A DNA stretch of 64,000 bases from positions 129,208 to 193,207 of the forward strand of contig CAVWXH010000010.1 in the NCBI GenBank assembly GCA_963758915.1, in the 5' to 3' direction. How positions within the stretch are numbered: position 1 is the stretch's first letter; every line of letters starts with the position of its first letter. Both the position numbers and the translations under genes were made by a program. Of this stretch, positions 1 to 10,212 are shown piece by piece. This stretch comes from an uncultured Methanomicrobiales archaeon. GTDB taxonomy: Archaea; Halobacteriota; Methanomicrobia; Methanomicrobiales; Methanospirillaceae. Under the pieces are notes generated by a model. It was not told the DNA's origin and searched no databases. It saw only the letters and a list, made by a program, of their open reading frames with translations.

Positions 1-647
1 CAGACGAACTTGATCCCGACATCGCGCATCTTGTTATACCGGGCGATATTGAGGAGGAGCGGGGTAAGACTTTCGATCATTTCCGAGACGGCAAGCGGTC
101 CCGCATCATAGGCCTTCAGCATCGAGGTCCCGTTCACTATACCCATGACAACAGATTTCGCGTCCGTATCATCGCTGCATACCGGAACGGCAACATCGAT
201 TTCAGCATCGAGGTCTTTCCAGCGGTTTGCTGCAATCGTGTTGAATGCGGTCACGACCCGTGCACCAGGGAGGAGTTTTTTCACAAGGAGGGCTGCCGAG
301 CCTTCAGGAGGTGGAACGGGGGTAAAAAAATCCTTCTTTTCCATCGGGTTTACCGGTGAGACCACAATTTTCCCTTCGAACCCTGAAAGGCCCGAGAGGG
401 TACTTTCAAGGTGCAGGAATGGGACTGCGAGGATAATCACGCCTGCGGCATTAACGGCTTCCTGGTTTGAGACACCTGTACAGCTGCTTTTCAGCCCGCG
501 TTGTTTCAGGAGATCGATTGTACATTCACTCGTAGTATGGGCCTTTTCGGCCTCGCGAGACCCGAGGACCACATCATAGCGTGAAGAGAGCCGCCTGGCC
601 ATACCCTCCCCGATATCCCCGGTACCGCCAACAATTCCAATCTTCAC
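1..647 (-). CDS. npdG: NADPH-dependent F420 reductase (F420H2:NADP+ oxidoreductase); stop codon cut by window edge
   Basis: Manual minus-strand translation from GTG at 647: MKIGIVGGTGDIGEGMA (Rossmann motif), VILAVPF, SPVNP, AFNTIAA, DAGPL, ESLTPLLLN...VGIKFV. Confidence 0.88.
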   Translation of the reverse strand, partial: MKIGIVGGTGDIGEGMARRLSSRYDVVLGSREAEKAHTTSECTIDLLKQRGLKSSCTGVSNQEAVNAAGVIILAVPFLHLESTLSGLSGFEGKIVVSPVNPMEKKDFFTPVPPPEGSAALLVKKLLPGARVVTAFNTIAANRWKDLDAEIDVAVPVCSDDTDAKSVVMGIVNGTSMLKAYDAGPLAVSEMIESLTPLLLNIARYNKMRDVGIKFV

Positions 648-669
648 AAAACCCACCTGTCCAGATCCA

Positions 670-939
670 TCAGAGAAGAGGTTTTAAGTAACCCTCAAGG
701 GTCTCCGCACCGGTCACGCCTTCAAGCTGATGGATGACCTTTCCATCCTTTTCGATAATCAGTGTTGGCACGACCTGGATGCCGTATTTCTGGGCGAGGT
801 CCATGTTCTGGTCGACATCAATCTTTTTTAGTTCGAACGAGTCGCCCATTTTCTTTTTGAGGTCATCAAGGATTGGTCCCTGTCGTTTGCACGGTCCGCA
901 CCATTCTGCATGAAAGTCCATCAAAACTGGTTTCGTCAT
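670..939 (-). CDS. trxA: Thioredoxin
   Basis: WCGPC active site, 89 aa, VVPTL cis-Pro motif. Confidence 0.92.
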   Translation of the reverse strand: MTKPVLMDFHAEWCGPCKRQGPILDDLKKKMGDSFELKKIDVDQNMDLAQKYGIQVVPTLIIEKDGKVIHQLEGVTGAETLEGYLKPLL

Positions 940-1229
940 ATTACAATTACCTTCCTCAGTTGTTGCAGGAAAAAGCAGATAAAGATTGTTATGAGACAGC
1001 TCAGCTGATAGTTGAATTATCTTTATACTGTGAATCTACGCAAAAACCGTTCAATATACAGATATTTTACCTGTTATCATATTCATACTAACCCATACCG
1101 GATCGCCTGCCTATGGCCTGATGTGGTGGTCTGATCTGGCTTGCAATGCTGAAAAAGAGAATGGGACTATTCCGAAGCAATCGATGAGCATGTTAGGTTT
1201 TATCTTCTCTTCCAATAGAATCCTAAATC

Positions 1230-1685
1230 ATGAAGATCACATTGGCTATTCTTATCGTCATCATTCTTGCAGTGCTTGCATGCGGATGCACAACCCAGGC
1301 CCCTACTATAACTCAGGTGACAGCATCACCAACCGTGTCAACGAATGTGAACATCCCCAATATGACGGGTGTATGGCAGGGAACCGGCGATGGCTATACA
1401 ACGAATGACGGGTTCGCTCATTATTCTACAACAACGTTCAACATCACTGCACAAAAAGGGCAGATATTTATTGGGAAGAAGGAGTATCCAAGAATAGATG
1501 GAAAAACATATTACGAGAACTTCTCTGGAGTAATCACAACGAACGGGGAGTTCTATGAAGCCGATAGCATCGGTGGCTTTTCATTTGGAAAGTTGATAAC
1601 TCCCAACTCCCTGGAACTAAATTATCTCGAGGAAGGTAACGATACAAAAGCCCTTGTCATTCACCTCACTCGGCAAACCAATTGA
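1230..1685 (+). CDS. Secreted/lipoprotein hypothetical protein
   Basis: N-terminal hydrophobic signal ending LACGC (archaeal lipobox-like), Thr-rich linker, beta-rich body. Confidence 0.7.
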   Translation: MKITLAILIVIILAVLACGCTTQAPTITQVTASPTVSTNVNIPNMTGVWQGTGDGYTTNDGFAHYSTTTFNITAQKGQIFIGKKEYPRIDGKTYYENFSGVITTNGEFYEADSIGGFSFGKLITPNSLELNYLEEGNDTKALVIHLTRQTN

Positions 1686-1866
1686 TTTCTCTTTTTTTAA
1701 TAAGATGTATTTTAAATAAAACAGATAATTAGGTTGAAACCCACATAATAACCCTTAATTCCCAATAACCACAATCACAGGACTATGGCGCCAAAAACAG
1801 AGAAGGGCAAACTTAGAAAGATTGTTATCCGGGTATTCACCTAAAAAAGTTCAAAAAATTATTGGA

Positions 1867-3318
1867 TTATTTTGAAAGGATAACCATAATGATCCGCCCA
1901 TATGCCGGACGGGTGATGGTCACCCCGATAAGCACACCGAGGATCGTGATAATGGCGAATCCCCTGAGTGATGAAAGGTCCATCAGGGCAAGTGGCAGCA
2001 TTGCGATGACCACGGTAGCGGCCGATGCGACGATGATACCAAGGGCCCTTGTAAGCCTTTTCTGGTAGATATTCGGTGAAGGGACTTTTCCCTCGTGGAG
2101 GATCTCATCCGTGATAATAATGAGCTGGTCAATCCCTGTCCCGAGGACCGCGATAAGACCGGCGATTGTTGCCAGGTCCAGCTGGATTGTGAATACACAA
2201 ATCCCGAGCAGGATGATGATCTCGGACGCGTTGATACAGACCATCGGGAGGACAATTGCCGGTTCCCTGTACCGGTAATAAACGACCAGCCCGACCGTAA
2301 TGAGTGCCAGGACCCCGGCAAGAAGACACATCAGTTTGAAATGATCACCGAGTGTTGCGGAAACCGAACCTGAACCGGCTACGGTTACATCAACCGGGAG
2401 CGCCCCGTTACGAAGGTGTATCTCGAGGTTCTGTGCGGCCTGCTGTCCTGTTGCACCTGCACCTGTCGATGCGAGCAACTGCCTGACAACTTCATGCTGG
2501 AGGTTTGCTGCAAGTTCTCTGGATAATGGTGCCGAATAGATGACCTTTCCATCAAGGAGCATCTGGAGCTCGTGGTTTTCAGGGTCTGATACCGCACCGT
2601 ACTGAATTGCTGCAGCCTGCAACGCCTTTGCGCCGTCTTCACTCATCGTGAAGGAAACGCCCCATTTTCCGCTTCCCGGGGGCTCCTGGGTTGGATTCCC
2701 GACACCGGTGATCGAGTCCCCGAAGACCACGTGTTCGGACTGGTTTCCTGTGGTGACGACCCTGATCTCAAATTTACCCTGCTTGCCGACGACCTGCTGG
2801 GCCTCGCTCATGGTGACCCCTGCAAGCTCGACACGGATATACCGGGTGACCCCGTCAAGACCGGTCAGTGTATTAATCCGGGCATCGCGGGTACCGAGGC
2901 TGTTGATCTTGCTTTCAAGGATCCGTTTCACATCATCAGCGGTCGCCTTCGAGACTCCCTGCTGGTATGACGTGATCTTTCCACCCGCTTTTTCAAATAT
3001 CGGCGTCAGTTCCGCCTGCGAGTAGAGTTTCCGGATCTCCAGTTTATCACCGACCAGGAATATTTCGGCATCAGTCTGGTTCTTTAACGATGCGATGAAC
3101 TCGTCAACGGGTTTGTCTGTCTGGAACCCTACGACCTCTGATTTAAATTCAAGTTGTAACCACGCGCCTTTCTGAAGGTCAAGCCCGTACTGGAGGTTCG
3201 TGGTGAACTCTCCGTCTTCAAAATGCGGGTATATTGCGATGAGGGACGCTACAACGAGGATAATAAGGAGTGCAACTCTCCAGTCTTTTAAGAGAGTGAT
3301 TATCTCATCCTTGTTCAT
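1867..3318 (-). CDS. secD: Protein translocase subunit SecD
   Basis: LQYGLDLQKG, LRNGALPV, GTGIDQLIIITDE motifs; six TM segments; overlaps secF. Confidence 0.95.
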   Translation of the reverse strand: MNKDEIITLLKDWRVALLIILVVASLIAIYPHFEDGEFTTNLQYGLDLQKGAWLQLEFKSEVVGFQTDKPVDEFIASLKNQTDAEIFLVGDKLEIRKLYSQAELTPIFEKAGGKITSYQQGVSKATADDVKRILESKINSLGTRDARINTLTGLDGVTRYIRVELAGVTMSEAQQVVGKQGKFEIRVVTTGNQSEHVVFGDSITGVGNPTQEPPGSGKWGVSFTMSEDGAKALQAAAIQYGAVSDPENHELQMLLDGKVIYSAPLSRELAANLQHEVVRQLLASTGAGATGQQAAQNLEIHLRNGALPVDVTVAGSGSVSATLGDHFKLMCLLAGVLALITVGLVVYYRYREPAIVLPMVCINASEIIILLGICVFTIQLDLATIAGLIAVLGTGIDQLIIITDEILHEGKVPSPNIYQKRLTRALGIIVASAATVVIAMLPLALMDLSSLRGFAIITILGVLIGVTITRPAYGRIIMVILSK

Positions 3319-4220
3319 TTGCCACCCCTCTTTTTCGTGTCCTGCCGGGGGGTCGTGGTGCCCGTTAACCCGGGGCCACCCTTTTTAGTGACGTACCACT
3401 TGATGATCCCGGCGTTGGTGAGCCATGTGTTCAGGATATCAAACGCAAGTCCGATCAGGAGCACGCTCGCGATCAGGTTAATGACCAGGACCTGCCCGTA
3501 CCACGACACTACCCACATCGCTGCGACAGCCGCGATTGCGGTAGTTGTCATGATAATACCGGTGTGGAATGCGCCGGCAAGTTTCTCTTCGAGTTTCCCC
3601 TGCCGTTTGAGGACCCGCATGGTGAGCAGGATATCACTGTCCACCGAATACCCGATAAGCATCAGGAGCGCTGCCGTGGTTGGCAGGGTGAGTGGAATTC
3701 CAAGCACATTCATCGCTCCTGCAGTCATTACGATATCCGCAAATGCAGAGAGGACAACCGCGACTGATGGCACAAATATCCGGAACGTGATGAAGACCAC
3801 GATGGCCATGCCAATAAATGAAAAGATCAGTGCCAGTACTGCCTGACTTTGCAGCGTTTTACCAAATGCCTCGCCGATCTGGTCGACCTTGGCGTCAGGG
3901 TATTTCGCCATTATCAGTTCTGATAGTGAGCGGAACTGCGCATCCGGCATATTGGAAAACGTCAGGTATTTTCCATCATTAATCCCCTCCTCAATCCCTT
4001 CAAGCGGATATCCTGCAAAATATGCGGATATCTGCTCGGAAGAATCAGTGGTGAATACCGTGACCGCGGTCCCCCCCGAGAAATCAATTCCCGGCTTCAC
4101 TGGTAACCCAGTCTGGGCCATCGTGATTCCGATGGAAATGAGTGCCAATATGAGGAGGATCAACGGGATGATCACCATCTGTTTCGGGGTATAACGATTT
4201 ACATCGTAGGTGAATCCCAT
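3315..4220 (-). CDS. secF: Protein translocase subunit SecF
   Basis: GIDFSGG and GYSVDSDILL motifs; start placed at MGFTYD (4220). Confidence 0.95.
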   Translation of the reverse strand: MGFTYDVNRYTPKQMVIIPLILLILALISIGITMAQTGLPVKPGIDFSGGTAVTVFTTDSSEQISAYFAGYPLEGIEEGINDGKYLTFSNMPDAQFRSLSELIMAKYPDAKVDQIGEAFGKTLQSQAVLALIFSFIGMAIVVFITFRIFVPSVAVVLSAFADIVMTAGAMNVLGIPLTLPTTAALLMLIGYSVDSDILLTMRVLKRQGKLEEKLAGAFHTGIIMTTTAIAAVAAMWVVSWYGQVLVINLIASVLLIGLAFDILNTWLTNAGIIKWYVTKKGGPGLTGTTTPRQDTKKRGGK

Positions 4221-4397
4221 GTCATAATAGTTGCACCCTGGTGAATAAATAGTTCCTGTCGCCCAGGCCATGCAATCCTCTAAAAATCTTCAATCCAACC
4301 ATTTTTTCCAGATATAGCACCAAATATTAGTTTATCGCGCAATACCCCCCGGAAAAAATGAAAAGACATATATTACCCGGGGCGATAGTGATCACGT

Positions 4398-4712
4398 ATG
4401 AGGGCCACGGCTGAGATCAAAAAGGTCATAGAATCCCGCCTCAAAAACTATGTTTCAAGAGACAAGACCGGAATACGGCGTGAAATGCTGAAACTGTTCC
4501 TTAAAATCAGATCTATTACAATCCCCCGGATGTTCGAATATCTTAACCGGAAATTTTCTATCAGCTACCATTCTGTAGCCGCGATGGTAGGGATTGTCGC
4601 GTCCCGGCTGGGGATTCTCCATGTTAACCGGACGAAAGAAGGGACTACAAGCGTATATGTACTAAAGGAACAATATTTCGACCTTGTTACACGGATCATC
4701 GGGCCGGTATAA
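4398..4712 (+). CDS. Conserved methanogen protein, DUF2551-like (winged-helix-like)
   Basis: YVSRDKTGIRR...SVAAMVGIVASRLGIL resembles the recalled family. Confidence 0.7.
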   Translation: MRATAEIKKVIESRLKNYVSRDKTGIRREMLKLFLKIRSITIPRMFEYLNRKFSISYHSVAAMVGIVASRLGILHVNRTKEGTTSVYVLKEQYFDLVTRIIGPV

Positions 4713-4785
4713 GAACAACTGTGAAGGGTGCCCGATACCACCATTCTTTTTACCCTGGGTGTCCTATCTTAGGAGACAGGTTTTT

Positions 4786-5076
4786 ATGCACTCCAATTTT
4801 TATAATGCGCCGTCACATGACCAGATACAGGTATCAGAAGAAGTGCTTGCATATATCAATAAGCGCAAATGTGATTTCCGCATCTGCACATCCTGCGGGG
4901 GCCCGATACTCCTGCCAATTTCAATGAAATCACCAAAACCAAACGATTTTCAGGTCAGGGCCGGGGATTACACGATTTTTATCTCAGTCCATCAGGTACG
5001 CTACCTCCATTCGATAGATATGGGCATGGTACCTTTTTTCTATGAACAGGACGAGGGGTCCGGCAGCTGCCTATGA
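4786..5076 (+). CDS. Conserved hypothetical protein with CTSCGGP motif
   Basis: AGGAG RBS before ATG 4786; overlaps archease start. Confidence 0.65.
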   Translation: MHSNFYNAPSHDQIQVSEEVLAYINKRKCDFRICTSCGGPILLPISMKSPKPNDFQVRAGDYTIFISVHQVRYLHSIDMGMVPFFYEQDEGSGSCL

Positions 5077-5480
5077 GTTATGAAGAACTCGACCACACCG
5101 CCGACATCCGGTTGAGGGTGAGATCTCCCTCCCCTGACTTGCTATTCGCGGAAACTGCGTTAGCGATGATGAAAATTGTGTACGGGGAATCGCGCCCCGG
5201 GGAGGTCAGGAGGACCATCGAGCTCAGTGCAGGGAATACTGAAAATCTTTTATTGGACTTTCTTTCAGAGGTCCTTTTCTTATCAGAGGTTGAATATATC
5301 GTATTTTCGTCAGCAACAGTCCATATCACGGGGAACTCCCTCAGGGCACTGGTAACCGGAGAACCGTTCGACCCGGAACGACACCGGGGTGGGACCGAGA
5401 TCAAGGGAATATCGTACTCGGGGCTCAGAATTGTTAAAGAGGATGAGGGGTATGTATTGGACATACTCTTTGATGTGTGA
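5073..5480 (+). CDS. Archease
   Basis: YEELDHTAD N-terminus, EIKGISY, C-terminal FDV; immediately upstream of rtcB. Confidence 0.95.
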   Translation: MSYEELDHTADIRLRVRSPSPDLLFAETALAMMKIVYGESRPGEVRRTIELSAGNTENLLLDFLSEVLFLSEVEYIVFSSATVHITGNSLRALVTGEPFDPERHRGGTEIKGISYSGLRIVKEDEGYVLDILFDV

Positions 5481-6926
5481 ATGGTTGATACGATGCTTGA
5501 GCGTGTAACACGGCTGAGTGAGTACGAATGGGAGGTTCCTGCAGGGACGGTCCCCGGAATGAGGGTTCCCGGTCGGTTTTTCCTTTCCGATTCATTATAT
5601 AAAAGCCTTGAAGCAGGGGCAGTGCAGCAGCTGGCAAATGTTGCAACATTACCCGGGATTATCAGGTACTCTATGGGAATGCCTGATATTCACTGGGGCT
5701 ACGGGTTTCCGATTGGCGGTGTGGCTGCATTCGAACGTGACACCGGGGTGATATCCCCGGGCGGAGTCGGATTTGACATTAATTGCGGGGTGAGGCTTCT
5801 CTCTACACCCCTTACCACCGGTGACCTTGACCACCGGCGGGAGCTTATCGAGACCCTGTACAATGCAGTGCCAACCGGCGTTGGAGCAAAGGGGCCCTTA
5901 AAGTTATCCACTGGCGACCTCGAGGATATGATGGCAAAGGGAGCTGCATGGCCGGTTAACCAGGGATACGGACTCCAGGCAGACCTTGAACATTGCGAGG
6001 AACGGGGTTGCATGGCCCGGGCCGACTGCCAGGCGGTCTCTGCAAAAGCGAAGCAGCGGGGGATGCCGCAGAGCGGGACACTTGGCGCGGGCAACCATTT
6101 TCTCGAGATCCAGGTGGTCAGGGAGATTTACGACCCTGATGCGGCAAAGGCGTATGGTATCCACCAGGGCCAGATCTGTGTAATGATCCACTGTGGCTCA
6201 CGCGGGCTCGGGCACCAGACCTGCACCGACCACTTAAAAGTGCTCGAAGGTGCAACAAAGCGTTACAAGATCGTGCTCCCCGATCGCCAGCTTGCCTGTG
6301 CCCCGTTGTCTTCTCCCGAAGGAACGGCATACTTTGGGGCGATGGCTGCCTCTGCAAACTATGCATGGGCTAACCGGCAGATGATCATGCATACCACCCG
6401 TACCGTATTTGAGAAGATGTACGGTATCGACTACGAGTCGATGCATCTCGTCTACGATGTTGCACACAATGTTGCAAAAATGGAGGAACATTCCTACGAA
6501 GGAAAAAGGATTGCGGTCTGTGTCCATCGGAAAGGGGCTACCCGGGCATTTGGTCCCGGAAGCCCGGACCTGCCTTCAGGGTATGCGAAGACCGGACAGC
6601 CTGTTATCATCCCCGGGAGCATGGGGGCCTCTTCCTACCTGCTCCGTGGTACCACAACTGCCATGGAACGCACATTCGGGTCGACCTGTCACGGGGCAGG
6701 GCGAATCCTCTCCAGATCGGCTGCAAAAAAGACAATTAACGGCGCGAAGGTGAAAACCTCCCTGTCAAGAGAAGGGATCATTGTCAGGGCGCCAAACGAC
6801 TCGGCAATTGCTGAAGAGGCACCCGGGGCGTACAAACCAAGTGCCGAGGTAGTCCGGATTGTTGACGCCCTTGGGATCTCAAACCTCGTGGCCAGGCTTG
6901 AACCGCTGGGAGTGATCAAGGGTTGA
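5481..6926 (+). CDS. rtcB: tRNA-splicing ligase RtcB
   Basis: MPDIHWGYGFPIGG, GFDINCG, GNHFLE, HCGSRG, HRKGAT, HGAGR, EEAPGAYK. Confidence 0.97.
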   Translation: MVDTMLERVTRLSEYEWEVPAGTVPGMRVPGRFFLSDSLYKSLEAGAVQQLANVATLPGIIRYSMGMPDIHWGYGFPIGGVAAFERDTGVISPGGVGFDINCGVRLLSTPLTTGDLDHRRELIETLYNAVPTGVGAKGPLKLSTGDLEDMMAKGAAWPVNQGYGLQADLEHCEERGCMARADCQAVSAKAKQRGMPQSGTLGAGNHFLEIQVVREIYDPDAAKAYGIHQGQICVMIHCGSRGLGHQTCTDHLKVLEGATKRYKIVLPDRQLACAPLSSPEGTAYFGAMAASANYAWANRQMIMHTTRTVFEKMYGIDYESMHLVYDVAHNVAKMEEHSYEGKRIAVCVHRKGATRAFGPGSPDLPSGYAKTGQPVIIPGSMGASSYLLRGTTTAMERTFGSTCHGAGRILSRSAAKKTINGAKVKTSLSREGIIVRAPNDSAIAEEAPGAYKPSAEVVRIVDALGISNLVARLEPLGVIKG

Positions 6927-7498
6927 AACCCCGTGTCGGGCTGGTATGGGACCAGCCCCTTGTCTTTGGCCGTTTTCTCGAAGAGTGCGGTGTGACGTCA
7001 ATACCTGTTACACCACACCTCCTTGCGGCGCCTTTTTTCAGGGGGCAGTACAGCGTTCTTATCATACCGACGGGGTTTGCCAACCCTGCCTACTCACAGG
7101 TGCTCCCCGCACTCAAGGCATCTTCAGGAAGAATACGCCGTTTTGTAGAGAATGGTGGGATACTCGTCGTATATGGTGCGGCGGCCCCCCTCCCTGACCG
7201 GTACAGCTGGCTACCCTTCAGGGTGGACTACCACTACGATCCCGGAAACGGCCGGATCGAGGTAGTGCCGGGTCACCCTCTCTCCCCGATCATCAGCGAC
7301 TACGACCCCGATCATATCGAATACGATGGATATTTCTCCTCTTTTGAAGGTGATAATGTTGGAATAATCGATGGAAAAACGGTATTATTAGAAAAAACCC
7401 TTGGCAAAGGGGTTATCGTGGTGACGAGCATCCATGAGTACCCCTCGAGGTCATTTGTAACGTCTCTCTGCATGAAGGCAGGGGAAACCTTTTTTTAG
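6923..7498 (+). CDS. Conserved hypothetical protein (class I glutamine amidotransferase-like fold)
   Basis: LIIPTGF...RRFVENGGILVVYG pattern; translationally coupled to rtcB. Confidence 0.6.
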   Translation: MKPRVGLVWDQPLVFGRFLEECGVTSIPVTPHLLAAPFFRGQYSVLIIPTGFANPAYSQVLPALKASSGRIRRFVENGGILVVYGAAAPLPDRYSWLPFRVDYHYDPGNGRIEVVPGHPLSPIISDYDPDHIEYDGYFSSFEGDNVGIIDGKTVLLEKTLGKGVIVVTSIHEYPSRSFVTSLCMKAGETFF

Positions 7499-7529
7499 AT
7501 AAAAACGAGGGAATTATGAGGTACGTCCG

Positions 7530-7952
7530 ATGAACCGCTATATCATTTCTTCGAGCTCTGCCCCGGGAGATATTGTACCGGTCGGACTTGCAATTCACGA
7601 AATTCTCAATCACCTGCCGGTCACCGCAAGGTCCAGGGACAATCGGGGTATCAGGATTGAGGACGGCAGGGTAGTTGATTCCGATTATTCCGGGCCCGTC
7701 CTGGAAGAAGCACTGGCAACAAACAGGAAAATCCAGAGGACTCCCGAAAATGGACCATATCGTGGAGTCCCCGTTATCGTGGCCCCGGTCAGGGATGAAA
7801 GCGGTGCCGCAATTGCTGCGATTGGTGTGGTGGATATTACAGGAATTTTTGACCTCGCCACGCTGATGGAGCACCAGTCTGCCATCCTGAAGCAGGTCTG
7901 CGGAAAAGATCCCTGTCCCCTGCCGGGTGAGCAGATCGGGGCGAAAAGGTAA
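7530..7952 (+). CDS. DUF2111-like methanogen protein
   Basis: LPVTARS, YSGPVLEE, GPYRGVPVIVAP, AIGVVD. Confidence 0.75.
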   Translation: MNRYIISSSSAPGDIVPVGLAIHEILNHLPVTARSRDNRGIRIEDGRVVDSDYSGPVLEEALATNRKIQRTPENGPYRGVPVIVAPVRDESGAAIAAIGVVDITGIFDLATLMEHQSAILKQVCGKDPCPLPGEQIGAKR

Positions 7953-7959
7953 GATAATC

Positions 7960-8937
7960 ATGGAAGCTGCTTTTCGTGTACTAGAGGTCCTGGAGAATGC
8001 AGACGGGCCGCTATCAGGGGAATACATAAGTAACGAGCTATCGATCTCCCGCTCTGCCGTATGGAAACATGTCAAGGAACTTCAGGCGATCGGGTACGAT
8101 ATCTCTGCCTCCCAGTCTGAAGGGTACCGCCTGACCAAGAAAAGCAACCGGCTCCTCCCCTACGAAGTCCATAAAAATCTCAGGACGACGGTATTCGGGA
8201 AAAAAATGCGGTATTTCGAGAGTACGCCGTCCACGATAGCTGTTGCAAAGGAGATGTGCGGATCGGAAGACCCTGCGAAGCTTCACGGTATGGTGATCAT
8301 CGCCGAGGAACAGACCGGGGGTGTCGGCCGGATGGGCCGTGTCTGGGTGTCCCCCACCGGCGGTATCTGGATCACTATCATTCTCAAGCCCCGGATCCCT
8401 GTTGACCACGTCTTTATGGTCACCATGGCTGGCGCCGTTGCGGTTGCGCGGGCCATACGAAAGGAATTTGACCTCGGTGCCCTGATCAAGTGGCCGAATG
8501 ACATCTACATCGGGGATAAAAAGGTCGCGGGCCTGTTACTCGAACTATCAGCTGAGGCCGATAACATCCATTACTGTATCCTCGGTATCGGGGTCGATGC
8601 CAACATTTCGGCCCACGAACTCACGTCATCGGTGACCGGGAGTGTGACCTCGATCAGTGCAGAAGTGGGACACGACGTTGACCGTGCATCCCTTCTCGCC
8701 CGGCTCCTGAAGGAGTTTGAAAGCCGTTATAACCTTATCGAGAGCCAGGAATACGACACGGTCATCCGTGAATGGAAAAGCCTCTCCTGCACAATCGACC
8801 AGCATGTCAGGATCAGCACGCTGAAAAATACATTTGAAGGTGTGGCGATCGATATCGATGAATTCGGGGCGCTCATCATCAGGAAAGATGATGGAAGGGT
8901 CGAGCGAGTGATCGCCGGCGATTGCGCACATACATAA
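7960..8937 (+). CDS. birA: Bifunctional biotin ligase / biotin repressor
   Basis: N-terminal HTH (SGEYISNELSISRSAVWKHV), QTGGVGRMGRVW, KWPNDI, KVAGLL. Confidence 0.95.
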   Translation: MEAAFRVLEVLENADGPLSGEYISNELSISRSAVWKHVKELQAIGYDISASQSEGYRLTKKSNRLLPYEVHKNLRTTVFGKKMRYFESTPSTIAVAKEMCGSEDPAKLHGMVIIAEEQTGGVGRMGRVWVSPTGGIWITIILKPRIPVDHVFMVTMAGAVAVARAIRKEFDLGALIKWPNDIYIGDKKVAGLLLELSAEADNIHYCILGIGVDANISAHELTSSVTGSVTSISAEVGHDVDRASLLARLLKEFESRYNLIESQEYDTVIREWKSLSCTIDQHVRISTLKNTFEGVAIDIDEFGALIIRKDDGRVERVIAGDCAHT

Positions 8938-8947
8938 CACTATTTTC

Positions 8948-8981
8948 TTCGTCAACCTAAAAATAAAAGAAGGTTGACGAA
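8948..8981. promoter_or_regulatory. BirA-type operator overlapping the bioY start
   Basis: Perfect 11-bp inverted repeat TTCGTCAACCT-N12-AGGTTGACGAA, i.e. GTCAAC-N16-GTTGAC, matching BirA box geometry. Confidence 0.75.
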
Positions 8982-9544
8982 TGCAGGGAGACCGCCAGCG
9001 AGCCCTGATTATAGCAGAAACGGCAGCATTTATAGGTCTTATCGCTATCGGGAGCTGGATTTCGATACCGTTCCTGCCTGTGCCTCTCACACTCCAGACG
9101 ATGTTTGTCCTCCTGGCCGCAATGGTCATGAAGCGGTACGCGGTGATCCCGGCAACACTGTTCATCCTTTTTGGCGCCCTGAACCTCCCTGTGTTCCATA
9201 ACGGGACCTCAGGGATAGGGGTGCTTCTCGGGCCAACCGGCGGGTACCTGATTGGGTTTATTCCTGCGGCATTCTTTGCAGGACTGGCCTATGAGAAACA
9301 ATCCCTCGCATGGAATATTGCCGGGATATGCGTAGCAGAGGCGTTTATCTATGCTATCGGGGCTGGCTGGCTCGCGTTCTCGACAGGGATGTCCCTGCTC
9401 CAGGCGACTATTATCGGTGTACTACCCTTTTTACCCGGAGATGCGGTCAAGGCTTACGCCGCACATGCAATCGCAAAGCGGATCCCCTCACGCGATATGA
9501 TACAGCCCGGGGATGAAAAAACCGGGGGCGAAAATACGCCATGA
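8981..9544 (+). CDS. bioY: Biotin ECF transporter S component
   Basis: PVPLTLQT, LPVF, GPTGGYLIGF, PFLPGDAVK. Confidence 0.95.
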   Translation: MQGDRQRALIIAETAAFIGLIAIGSWISIPFLPVPLTLQTMFVLLAAMVMKRYAVIPATLFILFGALNLPVFHNGTSGIGVLLGPTGGYLIGFIPAAFFAGLAYEKQSLAWNIAGICVAEAFIYAIGAGWLAFSTGMSLLQATIIGVLPFLPGDAVKAYAAHAIAKRIPSRDMIQPGDEKTGGENTP

Positions 9545-10212
9545 TAGCTCTTTCCGCGATTAACCATGGGGTCCTCAATATTCCATCCCTCCAGATCCCT
9601 CCGGGTTCTACCGCGATAATCGGACCGAACGGGAGTGGAAAAACCACGCTGTTACAGATCATTGCAGGTATAACTTCCCCGCACCGGGGTTCCGTTTCAA
9701 TTGATGGAAAAAGCCCTGCGGCGGTCAATACCGGGTGGCTGAACGAATACCCTGACCGGAACCTCCTGTTCGGGACTGTTTCGGACGAGATCGCGTCCCC
9801 GCTCCGGTTCAGGCATGACCCATGCCCGGATGTAGGGGGGCGGGTGGAAAGCGTTGCGCAGGATGCCGGCATCAGCCACCTTCTGGGCAGGCTGACACGT
9901 GACCTGTCCGGCGGGGAGAAGGTCCTGGTCTCCCTGGCTACGGCGATGGTGACGAGACCTCTCGTCCTGGTACTTGATGAGTCTGACTCTCACCTTGACG
10001 AGGAGAGTACCAGCACCCTGTCCCGGCTGACCAGGGACTCGCAGGCGTTGTACGTCGTGTGGTGTACACAGAACATGGAACTGGCAACGCGTGCCGATCA
10101 TGTCATTCTCCTTGAAGGGGGTTTTGTTACCCGAAGCGGCACACCCCTGGAAGTTTTTTCCCATTTATCAGGGGACTGCCTGTACCCCCTCTCCTGGAGG
10201 CTTTCCCATTGA
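9541..10212 (+). CDS. ECF transporter ATPase
   Basis: GPNGSGKT Walker A, LSGGEK, LVLDE. Confidence 0.88.
   Translation: MIALSAINHGVLNIPSLQIPPGSTAIIGPNGSGKTTLLQIIAGITSPHRGSVSIDGKSPAAVNTGWLNEYPDRNLLFGTVSDEIASPLRFRHDPCPDVGGRVESVAQDAGISHLLGRLTRDLSGGEKVLVSLATAMVTRPLVLVLDESDSHLDEESTSTLSRLTRDSQALYVVWCTQNMELATRADHVILLEGGFVTRSGTPLEVFSHLSGDCLYPLSWRLSH

Noticed and set aside
145-579. Plus-strand 144-aa ORF
   Set aside because: Antisense shadow of npdG
5695-5702. GGGGCTAC partial matches to the 13-bp motif (also ~6534, ~54066)
   Set aside because: Only 8 bp and inside coding sequence
5073-6926. Archease-rtcB near an intron-containing tRNA as a novel splicing locus
   Set aside because: Well-known pair; the tRNA is 8 kb away across unrelated genes
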